DNA of 64,000 nucleotides from Eledone cirrhosa. Its lineage: Eukaryota. Within the stretch, counting starts at the first letter, position 1, and every line of letters begins with the position of its first letter. The position numbers were made by a program, and so were the translations under genes. Below, one piece after another: positions 62,431 through 64,000 of this stretch. The notes under the pieces were generated by a model. It did not search any database and was not told the DNA's origin. It saw nothing but the letters and a program-made list of their open reading frames with translations. The DNA lies in contig OZ024759.1 of assembly GCA_964016885.1 (NCBI GenBank), positions 33,418,001-33,482,000 of the forward strand. The letters run 5' to 3'.

Positions 62431-62883
62431 ACCTTATTTTATAATTATATATATATATATATAAACAACGTCAACAAGGGGGGAAATACCGACGTTACAA
62501 AATGATCTATTAGTCTAAGACTTGATTGACAGCAGTAGAGAAAAGTGTTAACTTTTCCACCTCAGTCGTTCATCGTAAAATAGCAACTGAAAGAAGAAAT
62601 ATGATGACACGAAAGAGGTACAAAACATAGATCTTCGAAAATAAAGCTCGCATTGTTTACTGTCAGACATCTTTGGAAATTACAATAAATCTAAACCTAT
62701 CAAGAAGAAGAGATATGTGAGAAAGAAATGGTTGAGGTGAATAAAATACGACTCTCTCTCCCACCCCCCTCTCTCTCTCCCCCAGCCTGTCTCTCTCCCC
62801 CAATCAGTCTGAGCGTGTGGGTCCCTTGTGGTCAGGAAATGAAGATAATTGCTTTGCGTTGCATTGTAACTTAATTTGAGTGG

Positions 62884-62938
<55 letters not shown>

Positions 62939-62961
62939 CATATATACGTATATATATACAT

Positions 62962-63016
<55 letters not shown>

Positions 63017-63628
63017 TGCATATGTACAGTGAGATACACATATACACACACATTTATATATAGACATATAAACCTACGCTTATATACCGTTATTCCTGTA
63101 CATTATTGTCTTAATATATTGAAGAATTAACGAAGCATTGAATTTGTCCATCCTTGTCTCTGTCGGTTTGACCTTACCTTTTCGAAGATCATATGCCCTT
63201 TTCAGAGGTATAAACCAGTAAGATTTAAATACAGCAATGGCGTCGCACAACATATCGCCTTATAACATTTTATGATGATTCAGTATTCGCATTGGATTTA
63301 TGGAAATGAAAAATCCTCTCTTTCCGTTTATTATCCATTCCTGTGACTATTCCTCCCTTTCTCTTTATTGCCTTAAGAACATACAGAATATAGAAATATG
63401 TATATATATAAAGGCACATATATATGCTTATATTATATATACATACATACATATACATACATACATAATAGACAGATAAATATATGTATGGGTGAATGTA
63501 TATATATGTATACTATTATATTTATGTTTACATAAACCTATAATCACGCATACACACATACATATAGATGAATATATATTCACATATATATATATAGTCA
63601 CAGTCTAACTGACAATGTAAGTACGTAG

Positions 63629-63665
<37 letters not shown>

Positions 63666-63684
63666 CTTATGTATGTTTGTGTGC

Positions 63685-63725
<41 letters not shown>

Positions 63726-63744
63726 CTTATGTATGTTTGTGTGC

Positions 63745-63806
<62 letters not shown>

Positions 63807-63824
63807 GCGTGTATGTTTGTGTGC

Positions 63825-63943
<119 letters not shown>

Positions 63944-64000
63944 TGTATGTTTTTGTGTGTGTGTATTTATATGTCTATATTTGTCGAATGTCCATTGAGG

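Overview
Very AT-rich eukaryotic non-coding DNA dominated by (TA)n, (CA)n, (GA)n, (TATG)n and trinucleotide microsatellites. The repeat repertoire resembles octopus (coleoid cephalopod) DNA; this is my recognition, not a database result. No host protein-coding gene can be supported, and nearly all ORFs in the supplied track are microsatellite read-throughs. Recognisable mobile content is roughly 20 copies or fragments of a ~185-200 bp SINE with A/B-box-like motifs, three 3' ends of an RTE-type LINE, and one degraded internal LINE fragment. The most striking signal is a set of sequence-diverse, ORF-less elements embedded in (TA)n tracts. They form long fold-back inverted repeats and carry type I hammerhead-ribozyme (HHR) cores: CUGANGA, stem II, GAAA, palindromic mini stem III, UH, with a paired stem I. 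About 45-65 nt downstream of the predicted cut, several share a covarying bulged hairpin (NCUC-stem-2 nt bulge-GAGY). This fits pseudo-LTR remnants or non-autonomous derivatives of Penelope-like retroelements, at an apparently high density.
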